A DNA stretch of 37,443 bases from Vitrella brassicaformis CCMP3155 (Eukaryota; Protista; Chromerida), in assembly GCA_001179505.1 (NCBI GenBank), contig CDMY01000643.1, forward strand, positions 1 through 37,443, written 5' to 3'. Below the pieces are notes generated by a model. It had not been told where the DNA came from. It saw only the letters and a program-made list of their open reading frames with translations, and ran no database searches. Shown here in pieces: positions 1 to 11,700 of this stretch (positions are counted from its first letter, which is position 1; each line of letters opens with the position of its first letter). The position numbers were made by a program, and so were the translations under genes.

Positions 1-104
1 GACCTTACGTTGCATTGACTTAATCCTTTATCCGGGACTGACCGCCCGGCAGATCCTCTCTTCACCATTCTCCCCGACTCTCTCCCCCCTATTCTTACAC
101 CTAC

Positions 105-369
105 CTTCGCCTCCGTCATGCAACCGAAGAGCTCGGTCTCGCCGGGGATCATCCTGCCTACCTCGTTGTCGGCCTCCAGCTGCGCGACCGCCGTTTTCAT
201 GGTCACCAGGAATTTCTGCAGCTCGCCTAGATTGCGCGCATCACAGAGAGCTGCCGTCCACGCCTTGACCATCTGCACCCACTTCATCACATGGGCCTTC
301 CGCGGCCGGAACCCGCGCAGATCGACAAAATGCGGCATATCGATGAGGGCTTCGGCGGCGCTCTCGTGC

Positions 370-401
<32 letters not shown>

Positions 402-445
402 ATGATGAGTTGGGCCGCGGTTGTGCTGATGATGGGGGCCGGGCG
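105..445 (-). CDS. Exon of an unknown poly-His/poly-Gln protein; the gene probably continues off the window start and its 5' end is unresolved
   Basis: Stop-free minus frame PGPHHQHNRGPTHHHHHQQQQQQQQQHESAAEALIDMPHFVDLRGFRPRKAHVMKWVQMVKAWTAALCDARNLGELQKFLVTMKTAVAQLEADNEVGRMIPGETELFGCMTEAK, between an acceptor (tcatgcag, 446) and a donor (gtaggt, 104). No family recognised. Confidence 0.5.
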
Positions 446-614
446 CTGCATGAGGGAAAACATCAAAACCACACACACAGGGACACCACATCCTGGACCA
501 TGTACAGCCAGATGTGGTGGATCAGCGGCCGGAACTCGCGCAGATCGACGAAAGGCGGCATATGGAACAGGACTTCGGCGGCGTGGCTCCCGTGCTGCTG
601 TGCTGCTGCTGCTG
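258..614. repeat. Degenerate direct duplication of ~130 bp (258-391 and 486-614)
   Basis: gcggccggaacccgcgcagatcgacaaaatgcggcatat... versus gcggccggaactcgcgcagatcgacgaaaggcggcatat...; both copies end in a CTG run. Confidence 0.8.
367..407. repeat. Compound (CTG)n(ATG)n trinucleotide repeat encoding poly-Q/poly-H on the minus strand
   Basis: Read directly: tgctgctgctg...tgatgatgatg. Confidence 0.95.
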
Positions 615-1689
615 TGAGAGGGGGATTGAACGATCAATTAAAAAGGTAAATCAGGGTTTCCGTCTCAGATCTCGCCAATTCCCCCCGCTGCCTGCACGCA
701 GGAGCGCAGCCAAGAGACGAAGAGAGCGCAGCCATTGCGCTTTGAGACCAATGTCTGTCATCCACGTGTGCCTCGCACCGCCCCTCAATTAAACACCAAA
801 GTAACAGCACGTGGCGAGCAGCAGCTCATGAAGCGAAGCACGGATTCATCTAAGCGCGACACTTTCAACAGAGAAAATACAAGCCGTATTGGCACTTTTC
901 TCGTGACCCCGTGGCGGCCGCTTCTGGCGGGTCTCGCTATTGTCTTGCCAGACTGACCACCCACAAGACCGCAAGAAAAGTCCCAGGATTGTCAACGAAA
1001 CCACGCACAGCACAACAGAGACACGTGCATCCCTCGCCCTCCCCGTGTGGAATGAGATCCCATCCACCCCATACCTGAACACACACCAGCGAGCCCATCC
1101 AGCTAGCTGCCATTATACTACCACACACAGAGAGGAAGAGATGGCTGCAAGGACGACATGTCGTCACGGACGATGCGCGTACAAACGAAAAGATGCCGTC
1201 CTAGACGCCCCAGCTGCGCTGCCTGTACTCGAAACACCATTCACCCACTCGCTGAGTCACTACCTGGCCCACCACACGGTAACGCATTCACTCACTACGA
1301 TGAGACCCATGCAGATTTCGTCCAAAAAGATGCGATGTAACACTGATGGCTGATTGACAGGCCTACGACCCGCGTAATAATGGAACAAATGACCTATAAA
1401 GGACGTACGGACACTCTCGGTGGGCGTGTGCATGTGCATGTATGTATGTATGTATGTATCCGATGACAATACAACTGACTGCATGTAATGTACGTGTGCA
1501 ATCAATACAGCACAGCGGTCACTCACTGACTCTCGACTACATTCCGGTTCATGTACCGCCGCATGTACTCGAGACACTCCTCACGCGCACCCACATCGCT
1601 CAAGTAGCCTGCAGCCATGCGCATGGTACAGACACGGGAGAAACAAAGCGACAAGATATGAGACACACCGAGGTCGCCGCACGTTTCTT

Positions 1690-4600
1690 TCACCAACCAT
1701 TGTGGCTGACGAATCCATCGGGTCTGACGACGGTGAACGCGCCGTAGTGTTTGCCGATGACTCGCTGGATCATGTCCTCGAGCGACTCCTCCTCGACCAC
1801 TGACTCCTCCTCTTCGTCTTCATCCTCATGCTCCTCGTGCCACGGCTGGAGGTGGCTCCCCCAACCAGAGAGAAACCCCCCGCTCGGCTTGGGGTCCAGC
1901 CCGTACTTGAAACGAGTCGCAACCTACAGGGGGAAGGAGAGAGCAGAGGGGATGAGATGGACTGACAGTACATCGACGCTGGTGGCTGACCTGTCCTTCG
2001 GGGTCCCAGCCAATCCACAGGGCGTTCTCCTTGTCAGAACTCCTGCATACATCACACGGAAAATGAACACCCACACAGACGAAAGCGCGTCCGGCCTTCT
2101 CGTCTCACCTTGTGGTTGTTGCGAATGCGTCATTGAGGAAGTTGAGGCATTCCTGCGCCTGCAGGCGGTAGGCAGCCCCCGCTGGCTGTTGACCGATGGG
2201 CAGCTGCAGGCCCTTGCCCCCAGCCGCACTGGCCACTGTCTGGGTCGTGTCGGGCTCGTGGTGTTTGACGGGCGGCAGCGGGGGACGGATGCTGGGCCTG
2301 TACACAGCGAGACAGAGAACGGTTGATGCATGAGATCACTGTCCAGCTTGTCGTGTGTTGGTGTCGTACCTGCCGGTTGTGAAGACAAACATGACTCTGA
2401 CGCCTCCCCATGGAGTGCTCGATGGTGCGCCCACCAGCCGCTGGACGTGAGCACCAAACTTGACGGTATCAGCCAGCATGGCTGCATTCGCCTCTGCACG
2501 ACAAACAAAGGTACACAGGAGGACATCCACTCATCCACTCCCTATGTGCATCTATCTCCTCGACCGTTCCCCACCTTCGATCGGCACATCCACGGGCGCC
2601 TTCTTGTGGACCTCATGCATCTCCCCTCCCTCCTCATGCTCCTCGCGGTAAGCAGCGGCCTCACACCATGACCGCGGCAGGAATCGGCCCAGGTAGGTGT
2701 TGGCGAGACCCAAGGCCAGCGGCCGGGGCCTCTTCGCGCCCTCCTCTGTGTCCTTGGTGCTCTCCCCTGCCTTGAGTGATGACGCCGGTGTGCCGCTCGG
2801 GGTGCCGTGGGAGCCCTTATCGGTCGAGAGGGGCGATGTGGGGAGGCGGAGAGTGCAGATGAGTGTGTGGTGGGGGCCGGCGAGGATCTTGTGCAGCCTC
2901 GTGAAGGTGAACGTGTCACGCCCGTCGAACTAACACCCACACACAGCCGCACACGAGGAGAGCGATCGATCACGCACCTTCTCAGGCTTCTGTGGTTTGG
3001 TGGTGGTTTGGTGGTGGTTTGTACGTGTGCGAGTATGGCGTCCGGGCATCTTTCGCCCGGCTGTAGTCCGCAACGGATGTTCTTCTTGCCGGTCAGCCTG
3101 GTGTTGGTGGGGTATCGTTGGCCGATCTGGCTGACTTGTCGGGTGAACATCTGGTTGAACCAGCCTTTCTTGTTCAAACCCCAGGGCGCGATGTGCTGAA
3201 GCGACCAATTCACCCACAAATCTGCATGCTCAGACAGACGAGGGGACAGAGAATGGACATGAGCAGACCAGAACACGGGCGTTTGCCCTGTTTGTTGCCC
3301 TTCTCACTTCCTTCAGCAATTTGGTGGCCTGGGATGGTCGCCAGGCGCTTCATGGACGCTGAGAGAACATCAAAGGCAGATCCAAGCGAGTGATGCCAGT
3401 GTTGCCTGCCTGTCCGCCGCTCTTTACCGTTGAGTGGTCGTCTCTCCTCGTCGTATGTGTCGATCACCACAGGATAGGCGCCACCCTTGATGACGCGAGC
3501 CAACTTCCAACCCAAGTTCAGGGAGTCCTACAGGCAGGCCACAACAGAAAGAAGAAGATGGGTCGCTCTACCTACCCAAATGGAGGAGGTGTACTGGCTT
3601 TCACCTACCTGCACGCCGCTATTCATGCCTTGGTAGAAGAAGGGATGGTTGACCGTCGCCGCCTCGCCACACAGAATGACGGAGCTCTTCTGGAATGTCG
3701 ACGCACACCGAGACACAATGGGGGCAGCATGCACCCAAAACAGCTCAACCACACGGGTGTCAGCCACAACCTGACGACCCAGAACACACAAGCACCGACG
3801 AAACCAGTGAGTGTATGGCGCCACACTCTGGGCCGGACAGCCCTGCTCACCGTCTGCAGGATTCTCTCCAGCTCCTGTTTGCCAGGCAGCGCCTCATCGA
3901 GATCCACCACATCCACACTCTCCTTGTGTGTGGGCTTTGCGTAGACCAGCTCCTCCTCCTTGATGCCGGCCACGCCCTCGTCTCTCTCGTCGGCCTCCCT
4001 GCCGATGCGCTCGTACCTCTTGAGCTCCGGGAAGGTGGCCGTGGTGACGTCAGTCTTGCCCTCGCTGCCTTGGTCGCTGGGCAGAGTGGGGGCCGTGCTG
4101 CTCGTGGCGCTGCCGCGGGTCACGTCGGCATGGTGGGGCAGATGGCTGCGTGAGATGAGAGAAAACATGATAATGTGCATGCGTCGACGGATTGGTGTGC
4201 TCGTGGTTGTGGTGTGGGTTTGGGTGTGCAGTGCACCTACCTGGGCAGTTTAAACCATTCGGGGTCGATGTGGAGTTTGTCCCGGTGCCTGTGGACGACG
4301 GTGAGACGCCAGTGGTCGTCCAGCATCAGGTGGGCGCACACGGCATAGCCCTTGGAGAGGAGAAGGAAGCACATGTTCAGATGCGGAGGAATGCTCCAGT
4401 GCTGCACACACACACACAAACACACACACACAAACAGACAGACAGAAAGAGATGCACAGACGACCTGGTACGTCTTCTCACCCTCATCTTTCTCACCAGC
4501 TTGGCGTCTGCCATGATGAACTTGCTGGACTCCACCTTCTCGTGGCACGGTATACCCGCCAACCGCCTCACGAGCGATGTGGCGCCGTCACACCCAACAA

Positions 4601-5376
4601 GATACCTGACAAACACAGCCGCCAACACAACAGCCAGCCGCATGGATCTGCCATCCTGCATGGCCAGGCCATGGAGCCCACCTGGCTTTGAGTTTGCCCT
4701 CCTTGCCCTCCTGCTGTCTGTCCTGCCACACGATGGTCGTCCCGTCATCGGTGTTGTCGACGAGCCTGACCATCTCGACGGCCCTGATGCGGTGGGGGTC
4801 GATGTGTCGGTGCATGATGGCGATGAGGTGCTTCTGATCCAGCTTGATCGGGTGTGGGTAGTGGGTCTTGAGGGTGGTCGTGTCATACTCCCAGTCGACG
4901 GCCACTTCGCCGTCGACATAATAGCGGTCGCCGTTGAGCACTTGACCAGCTTTCAGGACCTCATCGATTAGACCCAAATCTGACACACACAAGCAAAAAG
5001 TCAGAGGAGTGCGCACACAGAGATTCCTGCGTCTTGCATCGCTTGCTCGGTCACCTTCGAAGGCCTCGAGGGTGCGGTTCTGCAGCACCATGGTGCCATA
5101 ACTGACCACACACAGGACCACCAATACACAGTTACTCGTAGCAATCGTCGGTGATTCTCACCATTCCTCCGCCTCTTCGCCCTCCCCCCTGCCGGATGCC
5201 TTCCTCTGCTTCTCGTGCCCAGACGACGATATCATGACGTAATCCATCCCCCTCCTCTTCAAGTCAATAGCCAAGGTCAACCCAGTGACGCTTGTCCCCA
5301 CAATGACGACGTCGACAGTGTGAGGCATCGGCGGCGGAGGGCCGTCTTGGGCAGACGCGAGGGTGCGGTGAGGCAT
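1690..5376 (-). CDS. Multi-exon FAD-dependent monooxygenase of the PheA/TfdB (FAD_binding_3) type with a C-terminal thioredoxin-like domain; divergent
   Basis: Spliced motifs in the expected order: DVVIVGTSVTGLTLAIDLKRRG (Rossmann start), MVLQNRTLEAFEDLGLIDEV, RYLVGCDGATSLVRRLAGI (DG motif), VILCGEAATVNHPFFYQGMNSGVQDSLNLGWKLARVIKG...DTYDEERRP (GD motif and following helix), SQIGQRYP, LQPGERCPDA, TRLHKILAGPHHTL, VVRPDGFVSHNGW-stop (TGA 1690-1692). Canonical GT-AG junctions join the motifs in frame where traced. ATG at 5376; an alternative in-frame Met lies 16 codons downstream. Confidence 0.9.
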
Positions 5377-5730
5377 AGCGGACGACACAGAGGACGTGCT
5401 TCTGATGACACCGATGGGACGTCTCTTGGCGTGCGCTTCAAGCCGCCGTTGCTCAGATCTGAAGATCTCTCAGCTCCCCTTCAGCATGGCGAGCGTCCTC
5501 AGGCACGAGACGGGCCTCTTTTCCTGACCAAGGAGTGCGAGCTTCAGAGAAAGGTTTGGCTCGGACCCGAAAAATGGCCAAAAGAATGGCCAACTGAAGG
5601 AAGCGATATGGCGGGGCGAGGAAAGGTAGCTGTTGGACATTTCCTGACGATGAAGATCACTTGATGGAGTGATCTCCATCATCTGCCTCAGATCTGACTT
5701 TCCGGCGCCTCCCGCCTGCATCTTCTCACG
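5377..5730. promoter_or_regulatory. Candidate bidirectional promoter (354 nt between divergent ATGs)
   Basis: Divergent starts at 5376 (-) and 5731 (+); AGATCT at 5455, 5463 and 5690. Confidence 0.6.
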
Positions 5731-8700
5731 ATGGAGAGCATCTTAGTGACGGTGATGAAGCCCACCGGGCTGACTCCGCTGACGGGCGACTCCGAGTCAT
5801 CGTCTTCTTCCTCCTCCTCCCCACCGCTCAAGTACTTCGGGACGCTGAGCGACAACAAGGAGGTGACGGTGCCCATCAAGGAGTTCCCATGCGTCAACCA
5901 GCGGTTCGAGGTCGATGACGACACCGTCCTCTCACTGTGCCTGTACACCGCCCCCAGCGCGTGGCAGTTCGACAACGGGGAGCGCACTCTCAAGCGGCAG
6001 CTCTTCTACCCCTGCATACTGCTCAAACACTTCGGCAACGACGACAATCGCACATACAGGTGAGATGGACGGGAAATGGGTGGATAGATGGATAGAAATC
6101 TGCATGGCGGCTGTGATGATGATGGCAGGTACGCCGTGGACCGTCCGGCAGGAGCTGGCGCTGCGGAGGATCCCACTGCAGGGTCGAATCCTATCGCACA
6201 CATCACCATGCAGGAGGTGCGTAAGGGCGGGCGGGGCGACCATCCCGTCCGTCCATATCTGTGTGGATGCTGTGGATCTCTCCCGCTGCCTTTCCTTCCT
6301 TCAGGCTCTCCGTTTCTTCGAGTCCAACGGCAAAGAGGTGGAGCAGCTCGAAATCACCGCATCCAAAGTCAACGTACGTACGGAACCACCCCACCCTCCC
6401 TCCATCCCTCATGCCATCTAGCGGCGTGTGTGTTTGTCAGGTGACGATTCGTCGTCTGCCGGCGACCAGCCCGCTGCACTCGCTCAACCCGTCCTCCCCC
6501 AACCTCCGACTCATCGACGTCGACGCCGCTTCATTCGCCTCGGGGCACAGCCACACACGCACAGACATACACCACAGACTACGACACACCAAGCCGCATG
6601 CCATCGGCGTTGGGCCGGGGATTGGAGTGGGGGCTGGCGTGGGCATGGGCATGGGCATGGGGATGGGTGCGGCGAGTCCCTCTGGGAGAGTGTTTAACGT
6701 GCGGAAGGGGTCGGGCGGAGCGGTGAGAAAGACACACAGGAGGACAGGGCACCATTGCCTGTGTGCACCCTACTGTGTTGTGATGCGTTCCTGTCGGGTG
6801 CAGGGGTCTGGTTGCGGTCTTAGCGCGGGAAGTAGTGGTCTTGGGAGTCGCCGCATCATCCGTGGCGGGCCCTTCGGCTCCCTCGGTGCTGGAGATGGCA
6901 GCCAGGAGGATGGTGGGGGCCAACAGCAGAACATAGAGGAAAACGCGGCCGAGATACTCAGCGAAGTGAGGGGAAAGGAGATGTGGGGAAACAGAGAAGT
7001 GGTGGGACGCAAGTACCCTCTGCTTGTTTGCTTGCAGCTCTATCGCACGAGAAATGAGCTCAAGGCCAAGGAGCTGCTCGCAGAATCGGTCAGTATGCAC
7101 GGACAGGGCGGGGCAACGATGGCTGTGTGTCGCTGTGCTGTGAGCCGTGGTCTCCCTCCCCCCTTCCCGCCTCCCCCTCCTATTTATCAGGAGCGTTGTC
7201 GTGCTGCGAGTGAGCTGGTGGAGATCAAGCACCAGCTCACGGTGGCCAACGACACAATAGAAGACCTGCAGGTGTACACCCCACCCCGCCCCGCCCATCC
7301 AACGTCAAGTTGCAGGCCGCTTTGTATGTATGTGTGTGTGTGCAGGAGAGGATCACAGAGCAGGGTCAGGACCTGCAGGCGGCTCACGAACGACTACAGA
7401 AGATACGGGTGGGTGGCTGGAAGGCAATGATGGAGGCCCCTATGGCCGTGTTCATGTGCATGGCTCACTCCACTCCACTACTGCACTGTTCAGGATGGCC
7501 AGGCCGACATGCTGCCCAAGCTGCTCGATAACATACACGCCAATGAGGTGCGGACGGACGGACTGACAGGGAGAGCGCAGGCAGACATGTGCTGTGCCTG
7601 TGTGTGTCGTCATCTCCCATCTGTCTGTCGCTCATCAGTTGTGCGGCCGCGTGCGGAGCTGCTTTGTCATCTGGCGGGACAACACAAGATGCGAAAAACT
7701 GCAACGAGAGGTAATAGATCAACGAGAGGGGGGAGGGGGAGGACAAAGAACCCTCTTCTCTCCCTCTGCCGCTGCTCCCGCTGTACACCACCCTCTCAGC
7801 TGGCGGCTGCTCGCACCTCCCCGTCCACCACTCACGACGCCACACCCGTTCCCGAGCTGCAGGAAAAGGTACATGACATGACCACCAGAGAGATGAGTGG
7901 TGGGTGGGTGTTGCTGTGTGCTGGCCAGCTGAGAGTGAATGCATTCCATTAATTGGTAGGGTGTTGTGTCGCGTCAGGTGAGTCACCTGGAGCAGCGGCT
8001 GCGGGTGGCCCACGGCCGTGAGGAGGAGCGGCTGAGCTTCCTCGCCACAAGGATCACACGCAAACAGACACACCATGCGGTCGGTATGTGTGTAAAGTAC
8101 CAACGCTGTGAGCGAAGCGAACGCACAGCAGGGGAGCTGAGCGGGGGTACTGGTGCACTGTGTGCAGTCTCGTGAAGTGTTTGGTGCCTTGAGGGCCAAT
8201 GTGAGCATCGCCAGGGCGGAAAAGGACCTCAAGGTAAGGTATTCACATCGCATCGCCGCTCCCACATATACTTTAGCTGCACACACACACTCTTCCGCGC
8301 GTCGCGTGTGTGGCTCGGCTCTTTTCTGTCTGTCTGTCTGTCTGTCTCTGTTCCTAGCGTATGGAGGACGAGCTGGAGGGCACCAAGGAGAGGGGCCAGT
8401 ACGCCGTCGACACCACACAGCGCATGCTAGCCGCACAATGCATGTACGCAATCACATCAAAACACCACACCCACCACACAATCCAATACAATGCACATCA
8501 GCCATTCCCCCTTCCCTCTCCCTCCCTCATGCAGTCGTGAGAAGGTGGTAGCCCACGCCAGACTGCAACTGAGCCGTGCCCTGCAGTGCTGGCAGCACGC
8601 CAGGCCGCCGCCCTCACCGATGGACGACCTCGGCTGCCAGACCGACGGCCCGCCGCGCGGGACGGCGATGGGCGTGTTTGTGAAAGCTGAGACCAGCGAT

Positions 8701-11700
8701 GTGACTACAGCCACCGAGGAGAGGGAGACCGAGGACACAGCCGCACAGACAGATAGTGGGTGGGACGTTAGAGAGCAATTCAGGTATGTGTGTGAGGGGG
8801 TGGGGGGTGGGAGTGAATGCGTCTGTGTTATGTTGTTTCGTAGGTGTGTGGGTGCGTTGCGATTGAGTGGGTTGATGAGTCGTCGCCAGGCGCTGCACGG
8901 CCGGTCCCCTTCATCCACTCTGGTGAGCTAAGCTAAGCGAGCACCAACACACGTCAAGTCAACACACACGCATGGCATGGCATGTCCATCCATCAATTCT
9001 GCACACAAACCATGCAGGTGGAGGTGGCCTTCTACGCGATGCGGGCACACGCCGCCGTGCAGATGCGGCACAGGCAGACCGAGAGGGCACACGTGGTCAG
9101 TCAGTCACCGCACACACACAAATGCAACAAGAGATGACGTGACGCCATCTCTGTGTCTGTGTGCCTCTATGTGCGTCTGATACGATAGGACCTTATGGCA
9201 GCTGAGGCCGATCGTCAGCTTAAAGAGAACACCATCAACCTGCTCGAAGAGCGAGAGGTAAAATAGATCCATGGCATGCATGCACCAGACCATCCATCCA
9301 TCCATTTGTCTCACACCATTTCCATGCCATTCGATCAGCGTTTGCGTGAGGCGGAGGACGCGCAGTTCCACCGCACACTCGAGGAGGCCCTCAGCCAGGT
9401 CGAGACACTCTCACACCAGAACCAATCCCTGGAGGTCGGATTGCAAGGCCGAGAAGACAACACAACACACACACACACACACAGAGCACCGTCACACAAA
9501 CCCAACCCATTTGGCATTGTACGTGTATGTGGTGGCGTCAGCATGAGCTCAGGGAGGCCCTTGAGTCGGGCAAGATGGCCAGAAACGAACACGAACAACT
9601 CATCAAGTAAGCCTATCTGTCTGTCTGTCTGTGGCGCCGCTCCCGGTGTCACGTCACTGCCCTCCATGTCATGTGTGTATGTGTCTCCTCTTCCTCTCGG
9701 TGTGCTGTCTCGTCTCTGTCCATCTGTATGTCTGTCCATCAGGCAGCTGCACGACGAGCGAGCCGTCCTCCAGTCCGCCAAACAAGTCGCTATGGACGCC
9801 GCACAAGTACAGTACTACTCAACAAACACACACATCCACCCAACATCAACACCCCCTCTCCCCTCTCCCCTCTCTCTCCTTCGCATGCAGGCCTCAGAGC
9901 GAAAGCGTGGCGACCTGCTGGCCACCATCGAGCACCTCAAGGCAGAGGCAGCCGACCTCCAGGACCAGCTGCGCAAGGCCACTGCCGCACGGGCCGGGGG
10001 TGGTGTTGGTGGCATGGGTATGGTCGTTAACGGCAGCGATTCTGACGGCGGGGCGGAGAGCCTGGAGATGGCGCGCCTCGAGACCACTATCAAGAGGAAC
10101 GAGGAGATGAAGAAGCAGGTAGGCCGTCCCCGGCCAGCGATGGGGGCGGGTGGGCGGCGAGAGGGGGGATGGATGGATGGATGTGTGTGTGTGTATGTCA
10201 GATGGCTGTGTTGGAGGGTCGCATGCTGGAGCAGGAGCACATCGCGGGGTCGCTGATAGAGGTGGGTATGCACACACCTCTCCACACACAAGAGGTGCAG
10301 GTCTTTTCTAGCTGCCATCCACCGCTTACTGTTTTTAGGAGCGTAACAAGCTGCAAGAGGACCTACGGTCAGCAGATGCCCCCTCCCCCCCCTTCACAAT
10401 CCATAAAAACCGGTATTGTGTCTTTTCTCTTCTCCTCTTCTTCCTCCTTCAGTCGTTCCAACGGTCAGATCGCCAAGTTGACGGTGCAGTGCAGCAGCTA
10501 CCGCAAGGCCCTCCAGCGCCACCACCTCCCCCTGGACCAACAAGACCTCTCCTCGCCGGACAACGACACATCCCACAGCCCACCCGCAGCCCCACGTGTC
10601 CCCCGGACTGCACACGCCGACATCGAGACACTCACAAACCCAAAGCTATCGCTGACGCGCGGCAAGGACGGCCAGGCCAAGCGTGGCGCGGGCACCACCG
10701 GCAGGGGCCGCGGTATGGGCGCGGGTGTGTCGACTATGCATCAGCAGCAGCACAGGGGCGGTGGGGGTGTGCGAGGGGGGACGAGTGTGGGGGGCCGTGT
10801 GAGGCGTGTGGTGGAGGCGCCATCGCCAGACAAGAGGGACAGGCTACCCCAGCAGCATGACGACATAGACGATGGAGCGGCCGACCTCATGGTTAGTGCA
10901 CTGAGCTGGAATGATCAACATGCATGTGCCCTCTCTCTCTCTGAGCAGCATGGCCCTGAGCCAGTGTTGCGTGCTGTGGGCGGCCGAGGTGGGGGCAATG
11001 TGGGGCTGGCCGAGACACCACCCGTAGCATCGCCGCCCACTGGAGGATTAGGAGAGGACGTGGGCCTGTCGCTGCAGAGCAGCAGCACGTCCCGTCTGCA
11101 CCACACCCACACCCACAGCCACACGGCGTACAACGCCAACACACTGCGCAAGGCACAGCAGCAACTCAAGGCCGCCAAGTAAGCTGCCACGCACGGCTCA
11201 ATGCCGAGGGAGGAAAGGACCCATGATGCATCGATTATTCCTCTGTGTGTGTGTGTAGGCATGAGAACGCCTCGTTGCGTCAGGAGCTGCACAAGTCGCA
11301 TTCGATATTGGAGGGCAAGGAGGAGGAGATCAACCAGATGCGCGACGCCCTCTGCAACCTCATCGCTCAGCTCGACAGGGTAACCACCATACCGATAAGC
11401 CGGATAACCAATACCGATAAGTCGGAATACCGAGGACCAATGCTCACACATCAATGCATCCAGGGAGGTCGTGTTGTGCTGCGTTTATGTGCAGGCGACC
11501 CGTGGGAACAAGAAGGACGACAAGAAGGAGGAGGACACCAAGGACAACAAGGCCCTCACCGACACACAGGTCAGACATGCGATCGAGCCTCTATGTGAAC
11601 GTGGGTGTGGTGTGGCCATGTTTGTGTGTCTCGGTCGGTGTCCGTGCCTGCGCAGGAGACGCTCAAGGCCCTCGTAGACAAGCTGCCCCAGCTATATGTG

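Noticed and set aside
700-1690. Short ORFs such as 940-1353 (+) and 846-1082 (-)
   Set aside because: No recognisable motifs or consistent splice-linked frames; rich in CA/TATG repeats; best explained as UTR or intergenic sequence between the first gene and the monooxygenase.
4192-4971. Long plus-strand ORFs antisense to real genes (for example 4192-4971, 32865-33818, 34151-35017)
   Set aside because: Shadow ORFs expected opposite GC3-rich coding exons; the recognisable motifs are all on the other strand.
6261-7430. Long single ORFs in the supplied track that run through introns (6261-7430, 9276-10256, 10169-11182, 33574-35550)
   Set aside because: Not single exons: they contain translated intronic microsatellites (VCVCV, HTHT, DRQTDRQT) between clear GT/AG sites, so they were folded into spliced models.
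11388-11430. Short tandem ATACCGATAAG repeats
   Set aside because: Only two to three degenerate units inside an intron; too short and irregular for a CRISPR-like or regulatory array.
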